Below, piece by piece: positions 24,742-37,908 of a stretch of 64,000 bases of DNA. This DNA comes from Blasia pusilla (taxonomy: Eukaryota), in contig CM114271.1 of the NCBI GenBank assembly GCA_050084515.1, positions 12,090,001 to 12,154,000 on the forward strand, written 5' to 3'. The translations under genes and the position numbers were made by a program. Every line of letters starts with the position of its first letter. Position 1 is the first letter of the stretch. Under the pieces are notes generated by a model, which was not told where the DNA came from, did no database searches, and saw nothing but the letters and a program-made list of their open reading frames with translations.

Positions 24742-27700
24742 ATGACGCGCAGAGAAGCTGGGGCTTCGTCCAGTAGCAGGCCGCAAGTGAAGCGGTTGCG
24801 CTTGGCTCGAAATCGTCCTGTACCCAGCCATGGTGCAACGCGTTTGGGTACTTCTTCCTTGGTAGCTAACAACTCACTGTCGTTTCGTCGATTTGGACCA
24901 AGGACTGCTGAGGGATTCTCACTCATTTATATCAGTAAATATGGAAGTTCAAAGAATGAAAACTTCATCAGCGTGGGGACCAGCAAGCTATTGCCTCAAA
25001 TTGGTCCAGTTTAGAATGATAAACCAGAATTTGTTATCTTCTTGTGCAAGTTGGATTTGTACGAGGGCACTCTACAATGTATTTCGTACGGACTCTTTAA
25101 ATCGATGAGCCTAGAAGTTAGTGATTGAGCATGGCTGGGAAGCTCACCGATTTGCTAACCGATTTCAGAGCGTTGGTTTCTTGAGTTATGGAGAGGCTAG
25201 TTGAATTTTGGATCTGCAATGATGGTTCACGACTTGGGAAACTTTTAATTATGATTGGTTACTTTGATTCGTGGATAGCGACATTGCCCGCAAGATTGTA
25301 GCTGTTATCTTGAAATCTCTGCATGATATTTCTGACGGCAATCAATCGAATCTCTCCCTGTTTACTGGGATGTGAAGTCCAATCATTCGACTGAATGCTG
25401 TTACCTGCTTGTCTCAGGATGCCGTAAATCACAACATTGATCGGTTTCAACCTCAAGTGGATCCTGTGTCTTTGGCTACGAATGTTGAGAATGGCGAGCT
25501 TGCGGATTGTAACCCTAATATCTCCCAAGTTTCCCTCCCAGCTAGACTACAAACTCCCCGAGTCTTGACGACCGATTCCCTCCACGGAAATTCAAATACA
25601 GACCAGCACGGCTCTGGCATTCAACTCGACATCAGCAAGGAATTTCTGAGTAATAAGAAAGTGCAGCAGGGAGAGACACTGTCCACTTCTGTGAGTGACA
25701 ACTCTGCGTTGCTGAAATGTGGTTCGTCATCTCACGACGGCGAAAAAAGTGGCCTTCCTGGAACCGGTTGCAATGAATCAAATTATGAAATGGTAGAGCC
25801 GATTCAGGATGTACTCCGTATTTCAGATATACAGGAACCTGTGTTGGCTAAATCTGTTTTAACTAAGTTGACCAATCCAGAGTCGAATGGGCCTCACGGT
25901 GAAGTTAGTGCTAACAAACCAATTGTGTCCACTCATCTCAGCTCTGAGCTTAGTCGACGTGGACCTTGGGATGGTTGTGAAAGTTCGGTCAGATTGGATG
26001 ATCATCCAGAAAGACAGGAAGATCTCCTTCCAGAATTGAACGGAACAGGGAGTTATCCCGAGTCCTATTCTCAAATTTCAGAGACGGAAATTTCTCCTGC
26101 AGATCTAGGGGCGCCTGAGGGAAATGATAGAAGTCCAACACATGGCTATGGAGTCCATGGAGCCATGAATCAAGCTCCAACTATAACCACTGACGAGTTA
26201 GATGCACCACCTAAAGGTACGACAATTTTGGATGACTTTGAGAATCAGTCACGTGAGATCTCACATCAGTTTTCGAGTCAATCAAGACCAAGTGTTAGCG
26301 AGGTGGTTGAGTTTGCATGGTCGACAGGTACAAGTACCATCCTTGAAGAAGTTGCTACGTTGAGAACCCAGCCAGTTACAGTCCAGGAAGAGCTCCAACC
26401 ACTTCTCGGCGGCCGTCTAGCTGCCAATTCACATGTCACAGGTGGTCTGGAATCCTCTTATACTGTCCAAAATTCTACAGGAGCACTAAATTATGTGACA
26501 ACCAGAGGTGAGGTGGATCTCAGAGGAGACCCTGAGATTGAAATACCTTTAGGAGGGGTTTTTCAGTCTGAGCCCAATGAAGATGCAGAGGAGAGAAAAA
26601 GTACAGTGGTATTTGCTTCTGAAGATGGGTTCTTCTCCGCTCCTGGTCTGCAAGTGGATGAAAGAGACCGTGCAGCATTGCTGTCATCTGAAGGCAGACT
26701 GCTGACTGCTTCCAGTCAACAAATAATAGAGAGAACAGGTGTAGACTTGGGAGCAGGAGATACTGTGACAGGAAATGTTGAGCCCAATGGTACCACCACG
26801 GTTTTACTGTCTGAGCCCAATGTACATGAGCAGGAGAGAATAAGTACGCCAGTGGTAGCTTCTGAAGATGTGTTTTTCTCTGCTCCTAGTCTACAAGTGG
26901 AGGAAAGTGTTGGTGAACTGTCACTGTCTTCGTCTTCTCAACGTAGACTTCTGACTGTCTCCAGTCAACGAATGGTGGAGAGAATAGGTGTAGCCATGGA
27001 ATCAGCAAGTGACATTGCTGCAGGAAACTTTGAGGCCAATGGTACCACACGAAGGCATATGCAAGAAAGTTCTGCTTTAGAAATGCCTCCCCACCCGGAA
27101 CCAGAATCTTCAAACATTGCACTTGCACATGAAGATCCCTTGCTGGTTGATGATAGGAGTGCTAATAACAAGCTGCCTGAAGAGACTGCTGAACGATCAG
27201 ATCTCAGGAGCTCCCAAGATCAGAAGGCAAATGAGGGTGATGCTCTTGTCTGCCCAATTTGCATGGAACCATGGACAAACACCGGCGATCATCGAATCTG
27301 GTACTAATTTCTTGATGTGCTTAGGATGGCTTGACTTGTAAACTGTGTACTCATGTCAAGTAGTATAATTAAATTTCATATTTGAGAGTCTCATCTGCAT
27401 TGGGTTGACAGTATTCTGAAACAAATGTGGCAAGGTTCAATTCACAACTTATGATATCACCCTCTTTAGTAAAGGATTCATCGTCAAAATCATGTTTATT
27501 TGCAGCTCGCTTGCATGTGGCCATCTTTTTGGGAAGTCATGCATAAGACGCTGGCTTAAGCAGACAGGGAAAAAGCACGGCAAAGTACGTACAAAAGGAA
27601 ATCATCTGATGCTTTTGATCTATCTGGAAGTAAAGATTGTCTCTTTAGTTTCAAATTGCCCATCAAGTTTCAGGGACATGTGAAGTTTAGAAATCGACAG

Positions 27701-30700
27701 TCTCATATGATGAAGTCAACATCAGCAGGTCTTTGCAAGGTCTTGAGAATTTAAGCTCCGTACTTCAAATTGCTTTGTTGAAGTTTCAAAACCTGAGTCT
27801 AAATATCATAATTCGTCATCAGGTGTCAGTTAAACACCATTTGTTTTTTGGGATGTGATGTGGGATCTGCACAGTGCCCTCATTGCAATAAAAGAGCAAG
27901 ATTGGAAGATCTGCGGAATATTTATGTCCCTCACATTGCAGTCACAGACGGACAAAGCCAACAACTAGCCCAGGTAGTCCTGGTTTCTTCACTTGATGTT
28001 CTTTGAATGCTTTCCTTTCAAATCCTTTCCTTTCAAATCCTTTAGTGGTCCTGACAAGAAGTTTGTTCTGTGCTTACTTGGAAGGGCATCAGTGATGCTG
28101 ACATGAGTTTAATCGGGGTGATTCAGGAAGTCAACCATTTGAGATCAGAAAATACACATCTGAAGATGGAGGTAATGGATTTTCCTTCCCTGGATCTCCT
28201 TAGAGTCTACATGAGTGTCTATTTGCAGTGTGGTTGCACCTGGTAGCACATGTTGATACTTTGACCAATATAATTACTGCAAATGAAATTCGTACTTCAT
28301 TAGTTGTAATCTGCAGGTCTTCAGAAAGCTGTGGAAACTCTTTTTATATGGAAATGTGGCTAGTCGTATGTCTTTGGCTGTCCTGTGATGTTGATGAATC
28401 TTATTAACAGATATCTGGTTCATGCTCAAAGAAGTAACAATGGAATGATTCTTGCTGCAGAATGCAAGGCTGATGGATGAGGTCAATCGAGCTGAGGTCA
28501 GTAATTTCCAGTTGTGAATTGTGACAATCTAGATGTTACAATGGACTATGAGACCTGGCATTCATGCTAAGTGCATATGGATGTGACCCACTCAAACTTG
28601 TTGTATTAGTCATCATCATTCAACTGCATTGTGTTGAGATATTTTATGAATGTGGGCCAGGTCAGGACTAAGCTAGTTTAGAGCCAAATCTGAAGGTTTC
28701 ATGTCGATGTCTCATTGCAGGTTCTGATAGAGACTGTTTTGGTGGGGCGGTCAGATGAATTCAGGAGACCTGAGAGGCCGCTGCCAGAAATTCATCATTT
28801 ACATAACCATCATAGTTTGCTGAAGAGACAGAGAGAGGATGCCTCAGCTCCCTCAAAGCAGTTATCTACAGCTCCAGGCAAACATCGCCACAGTAAAGAG
28901 GATATTCTCTCTGATTCCGAGGTATTGCCAAATGCAAGGGATATGGGAGTATTTGCAATACATGCCAGACAAAGATTAGCATCTTCTCAATTTGGGATCC
29001 CTTCTACGAGAGGTGGATCTACCTTGGTACAATACTCTAGACACTTCCCAAACAGGAAGGATGAGGTGGTCCGAATTCATAGAAGTATCTCAAGTGGGCA
29101 GGCCCAATCACATAGCCTGCGTTCAAGTTCTTCACTTGCGTGCATTGGCAGTAGTGGACTTGAAGACAGTTTTATCCTCCAGGTATGTGGCCTGTATTGT
29201 TCCTTAGAGAATAATTGTGCCAAATATTTCATCAATGTATCAAATCAGCTCTGGTTGAGCATATAATTTAATCTCTGCAATCCACACTTCTGTAGGATGA
29301 AGCGCACATGCAGGGAGCAAAGGTCTTTGATATGGATGCCTATAGCCAGATGGTTATTGTTTCTAACAAGACCTCAAGTTGTGGGAGCACTTTTGGTTTA
29401 ACCAAGGTAGTATGTATCCTTACTATCCTGGTCCTTCGGTAAATTTGCACAAGGAGTGGAGCAGAATTGGTTCTAACAGCAAAGGAAAAACTTCTCAATT
29501 GAGAGACATGTGTAGCAGACATGGTTCCCATTCAAAGGCCAAAGTTATGCTTTTACTAGTATTTTTCCGCTTTGACTGACTGGCTCCAAGGCCTTCTCCC
29601 TTAACCTGGTAGTTTCATGTGTTCCTGCTCACTTTATTAGATTGGAAGTTTCAAGTAGTATTTGAAACTTAAACTTATAGCATACACATTTCCTGCAGAT
29701 GAGCCTGCTAGCTACTTCAGAAGTGGAAAATATAAGTCTTCCATCTGGGTTTGGAGCTATTCGTGACATTCGTTTCTCACCCTCTGGCATTGGGTCTCCT
29801 GGAAAGCTTGCCTTGGTTGCTTCGATAGGCAAGAAACTCTCTGTTGTCAGGTAGGCAATGGTGGATTTATTTGCTGTTTGCAATATGGTTGCAGTGTGCA
29901 AGGTTCTCCATCTCCTTCTGAGTACAAGATTACAAAAAAATGAGAAATCCAAAATGCTGACTTTTCTAGACCTCATCAGCTGGAATGTAAATCATTGTCT
30001 AGATCTCAGATGCTCCACTATATTTTAGGGCCAGGTAATATGCTATAAGTGCATGAACAATATATCGTTATGATATGCTGCTAAGTTACTGTCCATGCTG
30101 GGGCTGTCTATTTTTAGGAGAATGGATCTGATTTTGAGAATTTGTTCTGGTGATTTTTTTTGCTGGCAGTTTGGAAAGCAATAACATTGTCCTTAACTAT
30201 TCAGTTCAGGTATTGTTGTCTTTCCTTGTGTTAGTGGTTGCCATCCTTCCAACTGAGTATAGTATTTGTTGCATTATGAGGTTGATAATATCAACCTCAT
30301 ATTTCAACGAATGCTATACTCTCAGGGCAGTAGAATAATATCAACTTCATAATTCAATGATCATCACTTTGTTGCCCCTGGGAGCTTGGAAAATTCAGAC
30401 TTGTGGTGATATGTATCTGAAAGTCATCTTTCTGCACAGAAATTTATGGGGATTCTAGGCTGTTATCTGATTACATATCAACTGTTGATGGGACAGCACG
30501 TCGTGTGTCATGTATCAGTTTACTGACAGTTGAGTTGTTGTGATTGTAGAGTGCTCCTTGGTCTTGCGCTTGGGATCCCAGTATTCCCACTCAAGTATAC
30601 TCCGGGCTACAGGTAAGATATCATCAAAGTGTAAATCCTTTCTCAGGAACCAAGTTAGTATGTCTGATGGAGCTTTTGTCAAATTACAATTAGATTGCTT

Positions 30701-32122
30701 TACTAGGCCTTGTCTTTTAACTATTTCAAACCCTATCACTTTCTGCCGTACAGACTAGCCAGAGTAGCCAGACCAGTACAAACTAGTTGAAAATTTGATG
30801 AGTGATGAGAACGTGTCACCTAAAATCACCAGAGCTCTCTTCCGCTATTGTAGAGATTTGAAATCTTTTGATAGTGCTCAAAGACAGTATGTAGATGCTC
30901 TAGAGATTTCATATCTGTTATCGTGTTGGATCTCAATTGGTGGTCCAAGTGCTGTTTCTTTTTAATACACTCAGTATCGTGTCGGGAAGAGGCTATGCCT
31001 TAACTGCTTTAGGGATGTTTTTGCAGAATGGGTCTTTGCTGATTTTTGACTTACGACAAACATCATCTCCCATTGCCTCATGGAGTGGTGCCAACATTCG
31101 TCCAATTCATACTCTCCAAGCAGTTGCTGGTCAATCGAGGCAGGAGGTAGTGAAGAGAGGTGGGAAAGGAATCCTAAGTGCATCCAGCAGTGGTGTGTAC
31201 TTTTGGGAGCTGGGCTCTTCAGCAGATATGAGTGAAACAGTAAGGTAATACAATGAACTTCCTCTTTGTTCAGGCGGACATTCTCGTGCATGGTATGTTT
31301 TGCTTTGGGACAACTGGAAAAGAATGACTCTTGTATGCAACTTGTACAACTGAGTGATTCACAACATTCATGCAAAAGAGAAATGCATGTGCACAACCTC
31401 AAATTCTGTTCCACGAAATGTTCTAGTTTCGAAACTAAAGTTTTCAGGGATCTAATTGATGCGCTGGTGCATGTTGCAGGCCATACTGTATCTCAGATTT
31501 CCAGAGGGAAAAACTCTGCGTCTCTCTTGTTTATGAGTCCTTCATAAAATCTGCAGTAGCTTCCTTTAGACCATCTCCTTTGGCTCACACTGATTCCTCT
31601 TCATGTACACCTGGATCATCTGAAGTGGACAACTCGAGCCAGCCATTAGGTGCCACTTTAGAGCCTAGTTCAACTACACGCCCAACCACTCAAGATAGCC
31701 CATCTCATTGCATTTTTAGCGAGACTAACATGCTTTCTTCTCTGCAAAGTAATGAAGAAAGCCATGTCAGCGATACCAGTATTACGTCTGGAGAGAGTAC
31801 CTCAGGAAATAGGTCTTTGTGGCGGTGGGAAGTGGGAAGAGCTATGGTGGGTCACAAGAGTCACAGCGTGATGCCTCGATCTGCGATCATACCAGAGCGG
31901 GATCTCACAACAGGTTTCAAACCGCTGTTTGCTAGTGGAGATGAAGGCTCAAACTCCGTTTGGTTGTGGAATATGGAATCGCTCGGAGTCGTACAGACTC
32001 TTATTCCCCACCAATCACCAGTTCTAGATGTAAAATACGTACAGGTTGGAGGAAGAGATGTGTTGGGTTGTGTAAGTGAGAGAACTTTTCAGCTCTACCG
32101 GCGGCTGTCTTCGACACTTTAA
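24742..32122 (+). CDS. RFWD3: RFWD3-like RING finger and WD40 E3 ubiquitin ligase. Predicted exons: 24742-24861 (tentative), 25418-27300, 27506-27584, 27875-27973, 28127-28171, 28461-28496, 28721-29182, 29296-29406, 29699-29850, 30170-30209, 30550-30612, 31027-31244, 31480-32122
   Basis: Split RING [34 protein letters not shown]...CPHC; coiled coil; WD40 blades (AIRDIRFSP, PWSCAWDP...YSGLQNGSLLIFDLR, ASGDE, HQSPVLDVK); GT-AG introns with consistent phases. The first exon is the least certain. Confidence 0.9.
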
Positions 32123-33067
32123 AGCGATGATATGACCGCAGCCTTCAAACAAATGCATGTGCTCCAGGCATTATAATCTTTATGACCCATGAATTCTTTG
32201 ATGTGTACGATAGTTGTCCTTACATAGCCGCAGCCTTCTCACAGCAATCAACTTCTCTTGGGGAAGGCCTTGAAGTTTTTTCTCTCCGACGATATGTTCG
32301 TTTGAAAGTCGTACTCGAACATGTCCACACGACGGACCTGACGGTCAGTTCTGGTCACGGATTGTTTCCAACCTTGGAACGCGGAAATTGCTGAACATGT
32401 CAAGTCCAGTCCTTTCAAACTATCTATACGCAAGGCCGAGTTTCTTGTCAGATGGGCCACCGTATATAAGAGACCGAATTTCAAGTAAGACTCGTCGCAA
32501 ACTCCAAGGAGTCTGAGTGGTCTTACAACCCCTGGATTGATGTTATCCTCCGATGCCAGAAGTGCCATCGCAGTCGCTGGGCGTACACGCGGGTTGCCAT
32601 AGGGATTGGCAGACAACGGAGCTCCTTGCGATGCCATAGGAAATTCCACTGAATTTCCTCGGTGTACCTAAGTTTTCACTAGGACCGGGTCCAAGTGGAC
32701 CTATGAATCAATGCATCCGCCCCCGGTGGTGAAGTCGGTAAGGATGAAAGTTCACTAAACCTCCCTTACAACGCAGTCTGTGGAGGACGACGCATCCACA
32801 GCAGTAAAAGGTTTACTGCACCATGGAAAACATATTTGTCGCTTGGCAGCCATAGCTCGAGATGGTCTCATGCTGGGTCCAAATGTAGCGGTTCTGACGG
32901 AGTCAACCAGCGTGACATGTCTGTCTCATGCGACCGAAATCTTCTACCGAAGAGCAACTCGTGTTTCGGACAGAATCTGATCTCACCATTGCTCGTAAAT
33001 TCCGACCCCTTCTATTCACATGATCGTGAGTGGGTCCTAACCGACAGAGAAGGTCACTACCAACGTC

Positions 33068-33180
33068 CCCTTCTTCCTTTTCTGGTCGTGTTGTGGCCTT
33101 CAGGTTTTGACTCTTTGAGTCCCCCTCTTTTGTACTTCCGATGGGTTTTCCATCACTCGTTTTTATCGAAGTGCATCTTT
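33068..33180. repeat. ~110-bp dispersed repeat; copy at ~37137-37247 and partial copy at ~34720-34762
   Basis: cccttcttccttttctggt...ccgatgggttttccatcactcgtttttatcgaagtgcat. Confidence 0.85.
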
Positions 33181-36100
33181 TTCTCCAACGTCTAGAAATT
33201 TCAGCGTTGTTGGTAGTACCGAATTTGTATGAAGTAGAGTTCGCCGAGCGAAACGTTTGACCAAATCTTCGGACTATACTAAGGACACCCTCTATGATTC
33301 TCCGTTATTCCCCTCGGGCACCTGGATTTACCCCGAAATTTGGTGCTTGTAGGGTTACTAGTGAACGTCTGATAAACTTGCGCCTTCTTTTCGGACAGGA
33401 CAAGGGGTACAATGCAGGACCGATCAGCACTATCAGTCACTACGAGAAGTTCTGAAGCTTCCGTAGAATCGAGTGCACTGCGGACGGAACTGAAGTTACC
33501 GTTGCTCGGTGGAGCAAGTAAGCGAGTAAGCGAACAGCAAGGAAATGGGCTGATTGTCAGGAGGAAAATCAGCCCCAGGGATGAAAGACCAGTCAAGCGA
33601 GATGCGGTCCCCGGATGAGTCCAGTAATGGCCCCTTCCTATGGCCATAGGAGTATCACAAGAAAACAGCTCGAGCTGAGCTTTCATTCTCTCTCTTCTGC
33701 CGTTGAAGATCTACAGGCCGGAAAACGTTCGCGTCTACAGTTTCACACAGTGTTTATCCGCATGCACCTGCATGCATGCCAGAACATGTTCTGGCATGCG
33801 TGGGTGCTGGCAGGAGGAGCAAGCATCTGAAGGGTGCGTCATGCACTACGTTTTGAATTCTCTCTTTCTCCTCTGTTATGACACATAAGCGAGAGAATAT
33901 ACGTAATGCGTCGACATTCGCGATTGATCGCAAGGACCAAGCTTGGGCAAGCTTTGAGGAACGCTCACGGTAACAATTGCGCTCTTCCTGTACCTGTCGC
34001 TGCTAACACCGTCCTACCAGATCCCGGGCCCAATGGCGGTGGCCGGTGCCACCTTCTGTCGGTTTTCGAGTCCATTCTCCTTTTTTACCGGTGTGCGTTG
34101 GTGTGAGAGAGTTTGCTTTCTGGTCCACGGGACGAGAGGAGAGACTTTACTCAGTTCCGAAGTTTTCTACACTATGAAAGCAGGGAGACGTTATCCCATA
34201 GCACTGGTGTGACTGCTGACCATATGGTATGTTAATGCGCAGCTTCCTGGCGTCAGCCGAGCATCTCTTTACAACACGATCTATCTGACATGAATTGGGG
34301 TTGCGAATGACAAGACGAACCAGTGCCGCAGCTTTGGGCAGTGAATCTGCGAAGAACATGACTAACCAGTGCGGCCGATTTGAGCTGTCAATCTAGGCGT
34401 ATGAAATGGATGAACTCGTATGAGATAGTCGTGACTCTCTTTGCTCGAAAGGTTTCACATATTACCTACTAGACAGTGATGGGGAGTCTCATCCAATCAT
34501 TACCTATAGTGCCGGATTTTTATAACTTTTCCGAGCTCCTGTCCTGAACTTGAAGATTAGCGCGCTTCCGGAAGAAGTAAAACCATGCAAATACTTCTTG
34601 CAGTCTGGTGGTTCAGGTACACAATCAGTATATAAAAGATCTCTTGATTGCTGCGAGACCTCTTCCCCGACTTTGGTTAACATAGTCCCACGGCATGTCT
34701 CCCTTCGCTCCATGTTCCTTTGGAGTCCCCCTCTTTTGTTTTTCCGATGGGTTTTCCATCATGCATTTCTATTGAGATTCATCAATTAAAAAAAAAAAAT
34801 CGTTCACGCTCTGCAGGAGTTCGGTTTCCAAAACTTCTCCCGGAGTGCTAGAGCCTTTGGATTACGGTTGGACGGTGCATGAATCCAAGGGTAGCGCGTC
34901 TGAGATTACGGTCGCTCTCGCGCGTTCTCTGGTATCAAAAGCTTCCAGCAAACTAGAAAAGCATATCAAATCCAATCTACGATTCCCTCCTCAAGAGTCA
35001 TTATGTCGGCAAAGCGTCCTACTAGTCAAATTCTGCCCATGAAATATTGGAAAATCCTAAATCCCTTGTAGTGGTTACCTTTTAGACCATGGTGCGCTCC
35101 GCCGGGTGAAGGTGATGGATGAGAGCGTGCATGTATGTCACCGATCAAAAAGTTCAACTTCTCTACCTTCTCCGTTTCTGACAGGTCCCATAGGTCCCAC
35201 CGGATTTTGAATTTGGGCTCTTCGATTCGAATTTGAGATCTTCGATTCGAAACCCTACGTTGTAATCACGAGACCATGAATCAAGAAGGTCATGGATTCG
35301 TGGAGATGAGGGAACCTCATACTTGCATCAGCAAAGGGATCCTAGCCAGAGAGAATCCTCCCGGAGAGCAGACGTAAGTCCACATGCCTGGCTGATGTCA
35401 TCGTCTCACTTTCGGATTCTACCTTCGAGAGTGAGTGAGTGCGTCAGGCTTCCGACTAGTTATTAGATTCTTCTAGCCCATGAAGTTTTCAGAAGGTTCC
35501 CATTCTTTCTTAGCAACCAGCCAGAGGATCTGCGGCTAGAATCGCTTGTGTCTCATTCATTTGTAGCACTCAAGCTGGTGTTAGACCTAAGGACGTCTCA
35601 TGGGAATGAACCCTTTTTCGAGTGAGTCTCCCAGCCCATGCACACGGACATTTTCTCGCTACTATTTCCCGGCATTCTCTCTTATCGAGAATGAACAATC
35701 TTTGTGCTGCGGGACCTGAGTATTGTGGCCTCTTGAAATATGCACAGTGGAGATCATGATGGACCCAAAAGAAGGCGGAGCATACGCATGCCATACAGTC
35801 TAGACCTGCGACCTTAAGGTCCATGGAATTTGTCAGTCCCCAATTCGGAAGACAAAAATTCGAGAGGAATGGAATAAATCAGTTTAGTATCTTTCACTAT
35901 CTTCTGATTACGTATCATTCCATCCAGCCACAATGATTGCTGATGCCGATCTAGAAATTTTCTAGTGCTGCATCGATGTGGCGAAGGGAGAGGACTGTCC
36001 CATGTGCGGCAGCTTATAATCATGAAAGAGAAAGTCCTATGTTGGCAGTGCATAGCAGAAATATCCAATATGCAGCTTGCGATCTCTCCTGAATGGAATG

Positions 36101-37717
36101 GTCATGCGTTAGTGAATTCTTACGTGGACATGCAGTAGTACCGTCCCTTACAAAGACTCAATGCTCCACCAAATGCAATATCAGCATGAAGCTATACGTA
36201 GGGTGCGTGGCTTCGATGCGTTCCTGAGTTACCGGCCCAGAAAGAACATCGGGGAATGCAAGAGACTTGATTCTGTCAGAAAATCGACACTTCGATCAGA
36301 ACTAACCTCGCTGTGGTTAGTCGATCGTACGATTCCCAGGGATAATTTTCGGCCTCCCTATACGAGAGGTTTGGTGGGAACCCTTCATGACGGAGTCTTG
36401 GAGATGAGAATAGACGCGGGAGAGAATTTCTCTTTCACTTCAAGTTGCAACAGCAATTCTTCCGAGGTGAGACGATGTTTCTTGCTCGATGGAAACGATT
36501 CTCAGGCAAAGTGAGGCAACCCCTACGCGAGAGCTCTGGAGGATACCCATCTTGATGCAGATGAGAACAGACGCGGAATCCCGCTTTCAATTCAAGTTGC
36601 AACAACAATTTTTCGAAGGTGAGATGATGTTTCTTGCACGTGGTTATAGGATGAGATGACGTCGAAGTACAGATGCTGAGGGCTCCGAGGAATTTTAGTG
36701 TAATTGCTCCGTACCCACTACGAACCTTCAATCTTGCTATCTCGGGAAAGTCGGAAAGTTGTGGGTGCGATCAGTATTTCCGAAAAACCAATCAATCCAT
36801 AAGTGCGACCGGCTCATGCGAGTCATACCGTCATACGAGAGCAGCAGGATCGGCGCACAAGTATCCGCAGAATGTTGAAATAAAAGCTTCCAGCTAATTC
36901 CGACCACTGCCCAGGCGGCCCGGGCCTGGTCATTGCGCCTATGAGAACAGCGGTGGACAAGTATTCGAACATCAGCAGAATGTCGAAATTAAAGCGCGCA
37001 AGGATACGTGCAACAGTCTGATCAGTAGTTAAGACGGGTCGCCAGCAAATTTTGAATGAAAGATTCGTCCAAGACTTACGAAGTTACGAACCAAAGTTTC
37101 TTTCATACTTGCACACTGAGTGTTAGGGGGGAATGCCCCCTTCTTCCTTTTCTGGTATTGTTGTGGCCTTCAGGTTTTTAATCTTTGAGTCCCTCTCTTT
37201 TGTATTTCCGATGGGTTTTCCATCACTCGTTTTTATCGAAGTGCATATTTTCCTGTTTTCTCGAATCATGAATGGATCATAAGAGCAAGGCTCGGACAGT
37301 TTATTTTAGGCCGTCCGTTTTTTACCGGATACATACAGGCCTATACGGTTTTTAAAAATTTGATCCAATCCCGTTCCTTAAAGGCTTTGTCGTCTCCGGT
37401 TTTCTTCCGGTGGACAGAAGTTTTGTCCAGCGGAGCGTTAGTTTTCACTCACCAAATTAATCTGAAACTCTACTAAAATCCTTACTAACCTCTCTGAACT
37501 CTCATTACAACCCCTACTATTTACTTCTGATTACCCTCTCAAATTTCCGATTACTTCTATTCTCAATCGTCAAGATTACCGGCGGAAATAATTAATGTCG
37601 AATGATTTCCTAGATTCTAACGTTCCTGGCCGGTGACCCTTTCGTGAATATAAGTTTCAAATCAGTAAAACACTTTTGGGAAGTAAAACACTTTTGGGAA
37701 TTGACACCTCTTACAAA

Positions 37718-37908
37718 GAATGCCGGTTTTGTCCTAGCGGTTTAGTCCTAGCGGAAAATCAAGGTTATTATATTACGAGGTTAGTAAACTTTAAGGTTTT
37801 CTTCTTTTATCCGCAGCAGGATCGGCGCACAAGAATGCCGGTTTTGTCCTAGCGGAAAATCAAGGTTATTATATTACGAGGTTAGTAAAATTTAAGGTTT
37901 TCTTCTTT
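37718..37908. repeat. Local tandem duplication (~75-90 bp), followed by a very AT-rich tract to ~38830
   Basis: gaatgccggttttgtcctagcgg...aggttttcttcttt occurs twice. Confidence 0.8.

Noticed and set aside
36090-36560. Possible PPR gene remnant (GHALVNSYVDM)
   Set aside because: Only one weak motif; cannot be supported without a search
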